NCBI GenBank assembly: GCA_045633865.1
Contig: JAZQZD010000021.1
Span: forward strand, 2,915 to 66,914
Reading direction: 5' to 3'
DNA length: 64,000 nucleotides
DNA from: Candidatus Enterocola sp.
GTDB lineage: Bacteria; Bacteroidota; Bacteroidia; Bacteroidales; Paludibacteraceae
The position numbers were made by a program, and so were the translations under genes. Shown here piece by piece: positions 18,301 to 26,551 of the stretch; position 1 is the stretch's first letter; every line of letters starts with the position of its first letter. Below the pieces are notes generated by a model. That model searched no databases. It was not told the origin of the DNA and was given only the letters and a program-made list of their open reading frames with translations.

Positions 18301-20677
18301 TTATAACAGAGGTGGACGCAAAGCTGATATTGTAAATGATGACTGCGACGGATACACATGGTATGGTTTTAAAGCTAGTGCAGACGTAATAGCAGGAACT
18401 AAATATTTCTATGTTCATGCTACAAATGACCTAAGTGATGGTGGCTACTATACCCACTCAAAACCACTAAAGAGCGCCTTATCTGGTGATGTATATTATA
18501 CACTAGGAACTACTGGAGATAGTTATAAAGGTTGGAATCTATCAACTGCTTCGGCTCCTTACGCAGGTCCTAAAGTTTATGCCCTAGGTTCAACCGTACT
18601 TGGCACTAACAAATTTGCAGCGCTTTATGTGACAGATTGTTCTGGTAAAGAAATTACAGGTTATCAATGGTATAAAGATGGACAACCTTATTCTTCTGTA
18701 TGCTCTTACGTAGGCAAAAAAGGTGCAGAAGATAGCAATGCAGGTTTAAGCAACAACATTCGTCCTGCAGAAGCAGGTAACTATAGCTGTACTGTAACTT
18801 ACGAAGATGGTACTACAGCTACTTCTGCAGCAGTTGAGATAAGTGGTTCTTATAATCGTTCATTTACCTCTAACATACCTGTTTTAGTAGTAAATACAGG
18901 TAGTAAAGGTTTCCCAGATTGTACTGGTTTGAGCGGTCAAACTGCATCAAAAAATGCTTCTACATTTAAAGAGAAACGTTCTGTTGATGTTAAGATATAT
19001 GAAGGTGAAACACTAGTTTACGACCGTAAGGCTCGCATGAACTACCGTGGTTCTTCATCGCTAAACTTTGTAAAGAAATCATACGCATTCTGTCCAGGCG
19101 ATGCTAATTGCGAAGAAAAAGATGGTCAAGCAGATTACGTAAAAACAGCCAAACTAAATATGCTTGGCGTTGGTACTGCATGCGACAAAGATTGGGTTCT
19201 TTATGCTGCCGCAGCAGACCCTTCACTTATGCGTAACCGCCTAGTTTTTGACTCTTATAAAGCAATGACAGGTAAATGGGGCGTAAATAGTCGATATGTA
19301 GAACTTATTGTTGATGGCGTATACAAAGGTGTTTATGTATTCATGGATAAAATTACTATGAACAATGACCGTGTAAAAATAAATGAAGATAAAGGTTTTA
19401 TAGTAAAATTTGATAAAACCGACAGAGAAGACCGCGTAGGTGGTCTCAATGGTGTATTTGGAGACGAAAAAACCTTTAAAACATCACATACTGGTAAGGA
19501 TGATATCGGCACCTACGATACTAGCATCGACCAACGCTTTGAAATAGAATACCCTGAAAAAGATGATTATAAAACAGGTTGGAAAGCAAGAGTGGATGGA
19601 ATTCAAGGTATGTTCCAAGCCTTTGAGGACGCTCTAAAACAAGGCGATTATGCTACCGTACAAAAATACATCGACTATACATCTTGGGCAGATTGGTTCA
19701 TCATTAATGAATTTACCAAAAACGTAGACGCCTATCGTGCAAGCTGTATCTTCGTTTATACAGGCGAAGCAGGTGCTAAAATTGAGGCTCGTCCACTTTG
19801 GGACCAAGAGTTGAGTTTCAATAACCAAGCTTCAAATGGTACTAGCGATAAAGGTAGCAATTCTACTACAGGTTTATTAATACAACACTCTAATGTATAC
19901 TCTGATGCATTTGGAGCACCATTCTGGTTTACTGGTGGTGGTTCAGATATAACAGGAGGTTTATTAAGCGACCCATGTTTTGTGCAAGTAGTAAAAGAAC
20001 GTTGGAATATGCATCAATCTGGTGCTTTGAGTAAGAAGTCATTAGAAGATTTAGTTGATGAATATGAAGACGACCTAGCTCCAGAAGGAACTACTGAAAA
20101 TGCACTAAAACGTGAAACCACATTCTGGATAGGAAAAAGCCGTGGCACATGTGATTGTAGTTACGATACAGACAATGCTACTGCAACTGGTTATCAAAAC
20201 AAAACTTTCGAAGAATCTAAAGGTACTATTACCAATTGGATAAGCGATGCTGCTGCAAGCGAAGCCAAAGGTCGTCGTGCTGGTCTTACTACAGCAATTA
20301 ACGGTTTAACCGGTGCAAGCTTTAGCATTCAAATTATTCCATCTGAAGCTAAAACAACCCCATGGGAACCTGTAGAAATAGCAGTTAGCGTAACACCAGC
20401 TGGTTATGATTATAAGTTGGAATATACCGACAATGACTTGGGTAGTGTGGCAAACACAATTATAAAAGAAGAAGGTGACAAAATCACTTATCGCATTCCT
20501 CGTCCTAGTGCATGGGGAACAGGTGATGCAGAAGAAGGCGCACGTGCTGATATTGAATATGGCATTAAAGCTACGTTGAGCGTTCAAGAAGGTACTACCG
20601 TTTGCGGTAGCCAAGCTGCCCCATCTTCAACTGGCAAAATTATCTTGCAAGACGAAGATAATGACAACTGTAAATAA
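15371..20677 (+). CDS. Giant (1768 aa) secreted protein: extended signal peptide, CBM-like and Ig-like/MBG-like repeats, C-terminal CotH (atypical kinase) domain; no recognisable T9SS CTD
   Basis: Signal peptide ending TSSAWA. Cys-flanked Ig-like repeats (e.g. ICDGTNATLTVTSGKGTYNWVSS...GTYTVTATQNGCES). MBG-like unit (YNGRPQ...NAGEYTVKISV...FTINKA). CotH blocks from ~residue 1190 (NYRGSSSLNFVKKSYAFCPG ... RYVELIVDGVYKGVYVFMDKIT ... IDQRFEIEYPEKD ... YRASCIFVY ... RPLWDQELSFNN). It ends ...VCGSQAAPSSTGKIILQDEDNDNCK. Confidence 0.85.
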   Translation: MKNFTNNFKQFTSRLSARWLILALMMLVGTSSAWAKIFYSGDIIYVDATDCSWYEGDGCNASIYFWGTNTTGPTHMTRIAERIYSYTFTSQMNVSNFKVFRQPTSSSGWDNQYNGFEGNFDSMGSHNTIKVNSSSNGFSWSTYTPPCTPPTLTLTTTSATVNKGETVNLTTLSVATASNGGTIEWSTSTTGSPVIDANVTISATKTYYAKAVKDGCKSASKSITITAACSKDFYLVGSDATLFGTAWEPKIEANKMVCDLNTLTKTYTNITVAANTTIEYKYTGSSGWGDAEYPSSGNASFTIPTAGTYNITFTATTDGSKITGTPAVTWEQSCTSAKVTISDWNISTLCPGSSGTFKYTAAQGVTVTWEMNENNSDYAIVSDNGTVTITYKGTSTTNSNKLLYTVSGDGICPEEDVDSKKTISTAAKPSISALSDPTQTICDGTNATLTVTSGKGTYNWVSSNGGEEITLTSNSVPVSIAGTYTVTATQNGCESEPIEFTVSVTPVPAINDFDITLPNNPTYNGRPQNAIVTPKNGITGMGDVNISYYKGGQKTDPINAGEYTVKISVAAGDSYCAMDETEIGTFTINKADQTTALTITASTNICGKEATFSVTGGDGTGDYSYSLDKNDAGVSLNGTTLTATQNGSVTLKVKKLGDTNYNDSQETTKEFNFTMPIENVELAIIEGESATGKYCVGHQIKFQLTYTGSTPTFDTENFSWILDNFESEISNNVGGIASGATWTTTLGANDTSLKLKLKDCNGSWKESTPITFEVYERPSAPVFNPNSITVCQGQPFTLPGSEAEGYIWSDATGKPTTPNKPNGIDATAEYYAVISFGCPSDATLYTVNVNKIPTITGASVTQTNKEITLESAAGADTEWSVSPTENVTLTDNRDGTATFVATANGDYTITASNGVCAPVSHTIKVSDAFYIWVRNAKESDTAYGQFYYPNENSEAVRGGAMFYAECDALPTKDNYTTYNRGGRKADIVNDDCDGYTWYGFKASADVIAGTKYFYVHATNDLSDGGYYTHSKPLKSALSGDVYYTLGTTGDSYKGWNLSTASAPYAGPKVYALGSTVLGTNKFAALYVTDCSGKEITGYQWYKDGQPYSSVCSYVGKKGAEDSNAGLSNNIRPAEAGNYSCTVTYEDGTTATSAAVEISGSYNRSFTSNIPVLVVNTGSKGFPDCTGLSGQTASKNASTFKEKRSVDVKIYEGETLVYDRKARMNYRGSSSLNFVKKSYAFCPGDANCEEKDGQADYVKTAKLNMLGVGTACDKDWVLYAAAADPSLMRNRLVFDSYKAMTGKWGVNSRYVELIVDGVYKGVYVFMDKITMNNDRVKINEDKGFIVKFDKTDREDRVGGLNGVFGDEKTFKTSHTGKDDIGTYDTSIDQRFEIEYPEKDDYKTGWKARVDGIQGMFQAFEDALKQGDYATVQKYIDYTSWADWFIINEFTKNVDAYRASCIFVYTGEAGAKIEARPLWDQELSFNNQASNGTSDKGSNSTTGLLIQHSNVYSDAFGAPFWFTGGGSDITGGLLSDPCFVQVVKERWNMHQSGALSKKSLEDLVDEYEDDLAPEGTTENALKRETTFWIGKSRGTCDCSYDTDNATATGYQNKTFEESKGTITNWISDAAASEAKGRRAGLTTAINGLTGASFSIQIIPSEAKTTPWEPVEIAVSVTPAGYDYKLEYTDNDLGSVANTIIKEEGDKITYRIPRPSAWGTGDAEEGARADIEYGIKATLSVQEGTTVCGSQAAPSSTGKIILQDEDNDNCK

Positions 20678-20713
20678 TTAGAACCTTAGTAAGAAAAATA
20701 AAAAATACACAAT

Positions 20714-23700
20714 ATGAAAAGATTTTATAACAATACATTAATCGGTGGGGCTTTCAGTAAAGCCCTACGAGTTGTAGCCTTACTTTGCGTTCTATTAGGC
20801 ATAAGTGGCAATGCATGGGGAGCATACTACCTACATTATAACAATACTGGTTCCCACACCAAAGATGTTGGTGCTTCTGATTTAAAATGGACAGATGGAG
20901 TAGAGCCAGTAGATAATGTATGTACTTGGACAATCTCAACTTCAGCATGGGATAACTATGTTTACATTATGTCTAGTAAAACTAATAAAACAATTTTAGA
21001 TATTACTGGAGCTACGATTTCAAATAAATCATCAAATATAGATTTTGGTAATATTTCTGACCATAATAGTAAAAAACTATTCTATTTTAAGCAAAAAAGT
21101 GCTAAACAAATAACAATAACAATTACCTATAATCTATCTACAAAGGTTATTACACTTGCAGACGGTAGTGCTGGTACTTGTACCCCTTCTGCTACCATTA
21201 CAGGTGCATCTTATGATGGAACAAAAATTACGTTAAGCGGGACTGTAACTGAAGTATGTACAAGTAGTATTGTAACATGGTACGGTTGGCAATATAAAAC
21301 TGATGTTAATGCAGATTGGTCTACTAGTACGTATATAGAAGGAAAGGGAAAGGCTGGTTCTAACCAACATCAAACAACAACATCTCCTCTTAATTATACT
21401 AATACTTGGACAGGATTTGAAGAAGGTAAAACCTATTATTTTAGAGCTTATGCCCTTCAGGGTTCAACATGGTACTCAGACAATAAAATCTTATCTGTAA
21501 CCATCCCCAAAGGTGGTGGTAGCACAGGAGAAGCCGATTGTAGTGGTGTGGTTTATTTGGATCCAAATATATACGTTGGAGATGATGCTTGGTTTGCTGC
21601 TTATTTCTTTGGTAATGAAGATATATGGGTTGAAATGACACCTGCGTGTGATGGTTTATATAAAGCAATGATTCCAGATGGAGCCACAGGAGTAACTTTT
21701 GTTAGAAAAAATCCAGCTGATAAAACACTTGAGAGCTGGAATAATAAATGGAATCAAACTGTTGATTTACAAATACAGACTAATAAATATTTTAAGGTAG
21801 AAAATTGGAATGCTTCAGATGGTAAGGAAACAGGTACTTGGTATGATACCGATTGCACCGATGGTTGTATACCTGCTGAGCAACCTTCTACCAACGTGCT
21901 ACTTTCTCGCGAGGCGATTGTAAACAAATCTGCTAAAACAGCACAACTTTTTGGTTACCTAAAATCAATTAAGGCACCAGATTGTCCAACGTCTGAAATT
22001 GCTGATTATGGTTTCTTCTATTGCATGGTAAACGATGGTGATACACCTTGTACTCCTACTCCAACTTCAAGCAGTACAAAAATAGCTGCAGATCCAAGTC
22101 CGGCCTTGTCACGTGGCATGGAATTTACTGCAACAGTTGGTCTTATTAAAGAACCATCTGATGCTCTTCAAGATGGTAAAACATATTACTATCGTGCGTA
22201 TGCAAAAATTGATGATAAATATATTTTATCTGGTGAGATTCGCTCATTTAGCACCGACCCTTGTATTCCTCAATACGGTGGTTTGTCTGATAAATACAAT
22301 GGTAAACCTATTGTATATACCATCAATGCAGATCCTTCGTTTGCAGCCAACGACTGTAAATTGCACTTTAACTCATTGCAAGCTGCTATCGACCACCTAA
22401 AAGCAACCAATACAAAAGATGATGACTTTAAGTATGTAACTTTGAATAATGGTTCATATAACTTGAATCAACCAGTAGAAATGCGAGTAGTTTACTACGA
22501 CGATACCCCAGATGATAATACTAAAACTTATATCTATAGAGGTAAAGAGATTGGTGAAAACGAATCTTTTGTCTATGCTGGTGACGACAAACCTGCAAAT
22601 GCCAATCTGATCCAGGATTTTAATAAATCAGGAGCAGATGCCAAAAATACACTATCTATTAAAGCTGGTAGCGATAAAGCAAAACCTTGGATTCACCACA
22701 TTGTAATACGTAATAGTAAGAACATACTATTAGACTCTCTATGTATTTATTCTGATCCAAAAGATTATGATGCAACAAAAGCTGGTAATCAACTAAAAAG
22801 TGATAACGCTTTAGAAATAGACATCAATACAACCAAATGGAATATGATTGAAGTGCAAAGCGATTGCAACTCGTATACAAGATCAGATAATGATGGTAGC
22901 TTAACATTTACCAATATGTGCGATGCTAATATTGTGGTACAAAACTGTATGATTGGTTCTGCTGGTTTTACAGGATTGCACCTATCTGCATACGATGGTA
23001 TTACCTTTAAAAACAATGAATTTGAAGCAATATTTAGTGCTCAAGCAGATAATAATGTGAAGCATAGAAATATGATTAATTATGGTGCTTCAGCTAAATT
23101 TGTTGCATGTAAAAACATCAAGTTTATTCAAAATAACTTCCGTGGCTCGCACCCTACACTAATGTGGTTGCAAGAGTGTCAGAATGTACTTATTATGAAT
23201 AATGTATTCTGGTACACCAATGAATTAGACAAGAAAAATGCTTCTGATGCCAATGCGGATACACCTGACAATGCTGCATTGCGACTTGTACACCAATTTG
23301 GTGCAAAAGATAGTGTAGAAAACGTTGCTGCTTATTATAATACATTCTATGTAGCAGAAACCGATGTAAAAGATAAGTACAACTTCTTGTATTTTTCTAA
23401 TACAGTTAATAATAATAGTTCATCGAATGCAAAATTTAAAATTAATACTATTTATTTCAAATATAACAATTGTTATAGCTACGATTCTGGAGTTCCAGGA
23501 AGATCAAATAGTAGTAAGACGATTACGGATAATAATAGACAAAACGCTGCCTATATTCCCGAACCTTTCTTAGGTAAGGACGTAGCGACAAACAATTTCT
23601 GTCCTAACAACTTCTGGAGTGAATATGACCAAATAGAATACAACAAACTTGCAGAAGATAAAAAAGCAAGTTATGTTTCTGCTTTTGCATTTGGCTGTAC

Positions 23701-25702
23701 AGATAATGAATTTATAAACGTTAAAAGCCAAGTATGTTCTACTACAGCATCTGGTCCAGCTTCATTAATAGTAAAAGGTAAAGGTATGGATTATGGTGTT
23801 AAACCTGATATTAGCACAACAGGTATTACACTAGAACCTAATGAACAATATGCAGACCGCTATATCATAGGTGCACGTCCTGCAAATGGAGAGAAATGGA
23901 CTTATGGTGCATACCAAAGTAAAGATGAAATAACTACTCAAACTATCTATTGGGTTGGTGTTTCTAGTGATTGGGATGACCGCAACAACTGGGAATACGA
24001 AACAGAGGTTGATGGTAAAATGGTTCGTCAACGTGTATCTTGTATCAATACACTTTCTGAAGATTTAAAAGTAGTAATTGAAGAAATTGGTACTGTAGAA
24101 ATTGCTGGTGGTAGAAAATGGCCTCAAGTACCTGCAAGCTTTACAGAGAATAGAACCAATAGCGAATACGATGAACACGTATCTGCTGGTTTAGGTACCG
24201 GTAAAACTCCTACCAAGTTCGCTAGTACTATCGAACTAGAATATGGTGCTGGTCTAAGAGGTGTGGAAAACTTAAATGATGGAACTATGCGTTACGACCA
24301 AGCAATTGTTCATTTCGATGCAGAACGCAACAAATGGTTGCTAGTTGGTCCTATCATTAGACCATTTGACACAGAGAAAAATGATGGAACAACACGTAAT
24401 GTAAATTCTGGTGACTATTTCAGAAACTTTGAACCTCAAATTTATATGCACGGAACTGTAGTGGATGGTAACACTATTTCTTGGGGCAAAACATTTGGAG
24501 ATTTGAATGTAAATGTAACACCAGATACTGTATTTGCAATTAATGCATCAGTTCTATATGGTAAATATTACGACACAGCAGAGGATTACCTAAAATATGA
24601 AGGTATTAAAGTGGATGATAAAGCTCCAATACCTTACAGATTTACTGGTCGTTTTGCTGTAGAGGAGTATGAAACAGAAGGTGCATACCAATATACACTA
24701 AAGAAAACCAACGATAAGAACCTTATAAACAACGTTTATCCATGTAACCTTGATGCTAAATATATAGAAGAACAAGGATTTGGTACCATTAACGTATATG
24801 ACTATAACATAGCTTCGTTTGTAAGTACTAGCGAAGCAAGTCCAACGGGCAACGTTTATATCAAAGCTCAAAATGGTTTCGTGTTTACACCAAATGAAGG
24901 TAAACAATTAAAATTGACCAATGATATTCTTGCAGAAGGTTCTACACGTACTCGTGCAGGAGAAATTCCTTTACCAACATTCTCACTAAATGTGGATAAT
25001 GCGAATACAACAAAACCTGGTGCAAGTAACATTGTAGTACGCTACGACGAGTTCTTAGGTACATCTGAAGAATCTCTTCTTAACACACCAAAAGTATTTA
25101 CCAGAAATTCTGACACACCAGAAGCATACATCATTCACAATGATGGTAAATATACTCGTTTAGATGCTGGTAAAGAAAAAGTAACTATCCCATTGGGTGT
25201 ACGTTTAATGAAACCAATGAACTTAACATTTGAAAAAGTTTATAACGAAGGTTACGACGAAGTAGTATTAGTAGATACAAAAACTCAAAAATTCTATAAC
25301 CTACTAAAACGTACATACACTACAGATGTGTTAAGCGAAGGTGATACAGAAGGTCGTTTCTATCTAAACTTAACTGTTTCTGGCGATGATGACCTTGACG
25401 ATGAAGGTGATAACCCAGGAGGAGACGATATTGTAGATGATGATGATGTTTCTACTGAAGTGGAAGAAACTATTGAAGAACCTCAAATCAACATCTATAC
25501 TGTAGACAACAGTATTGTTAGAGTTTCTTCTGTCGGCACAGTTCTAAAAACTATTTACGTAAGTGATATGACTGGTCGTACAGATGAATACAGCGTAGAT
25601 GGTAATTATGTAGAACTTCAATTGCCAGTTTCTAGCGGTGTTTATACTGTAACAGTAGTAGGTGAAACAGCAAGTAAAATAGGAAAAGTGATACTTAAAT
25701 AG
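20714..25702 (+). CDS. Giant (1662 aa) secreted right-handed beta-helix protein with a T9SS C-terminal sorting domain (paralog of 1745..6484)
   Basis: The signal peptide is near-identical to the paralog. Beta-helix repeats (IVVQNCMIGSAGFTGLHLSAYDGITFKNNEFEA, IKFIQNNFRG, LIMNNVFW). Shared blocks WDDRNNW, LVGPIIRPFD and EGRFYLNL. Acidic linker, then CTD ...IYVSDMTGRTDEYSVDGNYVELQLPVSSGVYTVTVVGETASKIGKVILK. Confidence 0.8.
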   Translation: MKRFYNNTLIGGAFSKALRVVALLCVLLGISGNAWGAYYLHYNNTGSHTKDVGASDLKWTDGVEPVDNVCTWTISTSAWDNYVYIMSSKTNKTILDITGATISNKSSNIDFGNISDHNSKKLFYFKQKSAKQITITITYNLSTKVITLADGSAGTCTPSATITGASYDGTKITLSGTVTEVCTSSIVTWYGWQYKTDVNADWSTSTYIEGKGKAGSNQHQTTTSPLNYTNTWTGFEEGKTYYFRAYALQGSTWYSDNKILSVTIPKGGGSTGEADCSGVVYLDPNIYVGDDAWFAAYFFGNEDIWVEMTPACDGLYKAMIPDGATGVTFVRKNPADKTLESWNNKWNQTVDLQIQTNKYFKVENWNASDGKETGTWYDTDCTDGCIPAEQPSTNVLLSREAIVNKSAKTAQLFGYLKSIKAPDCPTSEIADYGFFYCMVNDGDTPCTPTPTSSSTKIAADPSPALSRGMEFTATVGLIKEPSDALQDGKTYYYRAYAKIDDKYILSGEIRSFSTDPCIPQYGGLSDKYNGKPIVYTINADPSFAANDCKLHFNSLQAAIDHLKATNTKDDDFKYVTLNNGSYNLNQPVEMRVVYYDDTPDDNTKTYIYRGKEIGENESFVYAGDDKPANANLIQDFNKSGADAKNTLSIKAGSDKAKPWIHHIVIRNSKNILLDSLCIYSDPKDYDATKAGNQLKSDNALEIDINTTKWNMIEVQSDCNSYTRSDNDGSLTFTNMCDANIVVQNCMIGSAGFTGLHLSAYDGITFKNNEFEAIFSAQADNNVKHRNMINYGASAKFVACKNIKFIQNNFRGSHPTLMWLQECQNVLIMNNVFWYTNELDKKNASDANADTPDNAALRLVHQFGAKDSVENVAAYYNTFYVAETDVKDKYNFLYFSNTVNNNSSSNAKFKINTIYFKYNNCYSYDSGVPGRSNSSKTITDNNRQNAAYIPEPFLGKDVATNNFCPNNFWSEYDQIEYNKLAEDKKASYVSAFAFGCTDNEFINVKSQVCSTTASGPASLIVKGKGMDYGVKPDISTTGITLEPNEQYADRYIIGARPANGEKWTYGAYQSKDEITTQTIYWVGVSSDWDDRNNWEYETEVDGKMVRQRVSCINTLSEDLKVVIEEIGTVEIAGGRKWPQVPASFTENRTNSEYDEHVSAGLGTGKTPTKFASTIELEYGAGLRGVENLNDGTMRYDQAIVHFDAERNKWLLVGPIIRPFDTEKNDGTTRNVNSGDYFRNFEPQIYMHGTVVDGNTISWGKTFGDLNVNVTPDTVFAINASVLYGKYYDTAEDYLKYEGIKVDDKAPIPYRFTGRFAVEEYETEGAYQYTLKKTNDKNLINNVYPCNLDAKYIEEQGFGTINVYDYNIASFVSTSEASPTGNVYIKAQNGFVFTPNEGKQLKLTNDILAEGSTRTRAGEIPLPTFSLNVDNANTTKPGASNIVVRYDEFLGTSEESLLNTPKVFTRNSDTPEAYIIHNDGKYTRLDAGKEKVTIPLGVRLMKPMNLTFEKVYNEGYDEVVLVDTKTQKFYNLLKRTYTTDVLSEGDTEGRFYLNLTVSGDDDLDDEGDNPGGDDIVDDDDVSTEVEETIEEPQINIYTVDNSIVRVSSVGTVLKTIYVSDMTGRTDEYSVDGNYVELQLPVSSGVYTVTVVGETASKIGKVILK

Positions 25703-25707
25703 GTAGT

Positions 25708-25735
25708 TAGGAGTGTGGAGTTAGGAGTGAGGAAT
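25708..25735 (+). repeat. Heptamer array (KAGGAGT-like x4) starting 6 nt after the stop codon
   Basis: taggagt gtggagt taggagt gaggaat. The homologous array is at 6491..6518. Confidence 0.8.
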
Positions 25736-25736
25736 T

Positions 25737-25813
25737 TTGCGAGTAAGCGAGGGCAGTGATAAGCTTGCTTAAGCACTGCCGAGCGAAAGCAAAATCACGA
25801 GCGCAGCTCGTAA
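25737..25813 (-). repeat. MITE/REP-like two-hairpin element, copy 1 (reverse orientation), inserted in the spacer between the beta-helix gene and the small gene
   Basis: The core taagcttgcttaag is flanked by ggcagtg/cactgcc arms, with a second hairpin acgagc-gca-gctcgt. The segment is absent from the otherwise homologous spacer at 6519..6568. Confidence 0.75.
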
Positions 25814-25845
25814 CTTCTATCCTAAGAAATAAAAAATTATAGATT

Positions 25846-26268
25846 ATGAAAAATAGATATTTTATTTTAAGTATATTGTTTTGGGCTATCGCCTCAGTTT
25901 GTTTAGCGATTAAATTGCCTGCTTCTCCATTTATTTCAGAATATGCATACGCAGACTCTGATAATGAATCTTATGTATCTAGTATTGGCACCCAAATTAT
26001 GAATCATGCTATGCTAAGTGCGTATAATGGTGAGTGTGATGAATATAGAGAAGGTGGTCAATTATGGCAAGGTGATGCCAATGGTTGTACTGAATGTTGT
26101 GATCGCAACTTCCCTTCTGGTGTTGACCGTGAAGGACGTGCAAAATGCTATGATATGTGTGATACTCCACTTGGTATGCCTCTAGGTACTACACTTTGTT
26201 TAGCACCTTTCGCACTTGCCTATGCTGGTTTTATGTTCTACCGTCGTAGAAAAGAAAATGCAGAATAA
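25846..26268 (+). CDS. Small (140 aa) Cys-rich protein with an N-terminal signal/anchor and a C-terminal MPLGT + hydrophobic helix + RRRK tail (paralog of 6569..7012)
   Basis: N-terminus MKNRYFILSILFWAIASVCLAIKLP. CTECC and CYDMC motifs. It ends TPLGMPLGTTLCLAPFALAYAGFMFYRRRKENAE. Confidence 0.6.
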   Translation: MKNRYFILSILFWAIASVCLAIKLPASPFISEYAYADSDNESYVSSIGTQIMNHAMLSAYNGECDEYREGGQLWQGDANGCTECCDRNFPSGVDREGRAKCYDMCDTPLGMPLGTTLCLAPFALAYAGFMFYRRRKENAE

Positions 26269-26290
26269 GCCTAAACTTCTTATGTTTCCA

Positions 26291-26388
26291 TAATAAAGAT
26301 TTAACATAAGTACAATTAATTTTTCTAAACCTCACACTGCCCTGCCGGACATGAGATTTTGTTCTCACCGGTAGGGCAGTGGTGTGTT
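26291..26388 (+). repeat. ~100-bp long-hairpin intergenic element, copy 3 of 3
   Basis: 13-bp stem actgccctgccgg / ccggtagggcagt (one G.U pair) with a ~19-nt loop. The left flank is identical in pattern to 13604..13647. Confidence 0.7.
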
Positions 26389-26400
26389 GAATAAAAACAC

Positions 26401-26434
26401 AAAAGACTGATAACCTTGCGATTATCAGTCTTTT
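26401..26434. terminator. Bidirectional rho-independent terminator (10-bp perfect stem, A-run on the left, T-run on the right)
   Basis: aaaagactgataa ccttgcga ttatcagtcttttt. It lies between the small Cys-rich gene (+) and the tRNA-Leu 3' end (-). Confidence 0.75.
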
Positions 26435-26521
26435 TGGTACCCAGACCCGGGATCGAACCGGGATGGAAGTGAATCCACTGGTGTTTGAGACCAGCGCGTC
26501 TACCGATTCCGCCATCTGGGC
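26435..26521 (-). tRNA. tRNA-Leu (anticodon CAA), type II with a long variable arm, CCA encoded
   Basis: The reverse complement reads GCCCAGATGGCGGAATCGGTAGACGCGCTGGTCTCAAACACCAGTGGATTCACTTCCATCCCGGTTCGATCCCGGGTCTGGGTACCA. Acceptor GCCCAGA/TCTGGGT. Anticodon stem CTGGT/ACCAG with loop CTCAAAC. T arm CCCGG-TTCGATC-CCGGG. 87 nt. Confidence 0.93.
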
Positions 26522-26551
26522 AATTGGCTTGCTTTGTTTTCAAAAGCACGG

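Noticed and set aside
13604-26521. A genomic island integrated at the 3' end of tRNA-Leu. The tRNA 3' end faces the module and the islet.
   Set aside because: There is no integrase or recombinase gene, and I could not find a direct repeat of the tRNA 3' end (…ggttcgatcccgggtctgggta) at a distal boundary. The adjacency alone is insufficient. It is worth a computational repeat search.
26231-26549. Minus-strand ORFs 26231..26515 and 26325..26549.
   Set aside because: They run through the tRNA-Leu gene, the bidirectional terminator and the long-hairpin element, so they are not coding.
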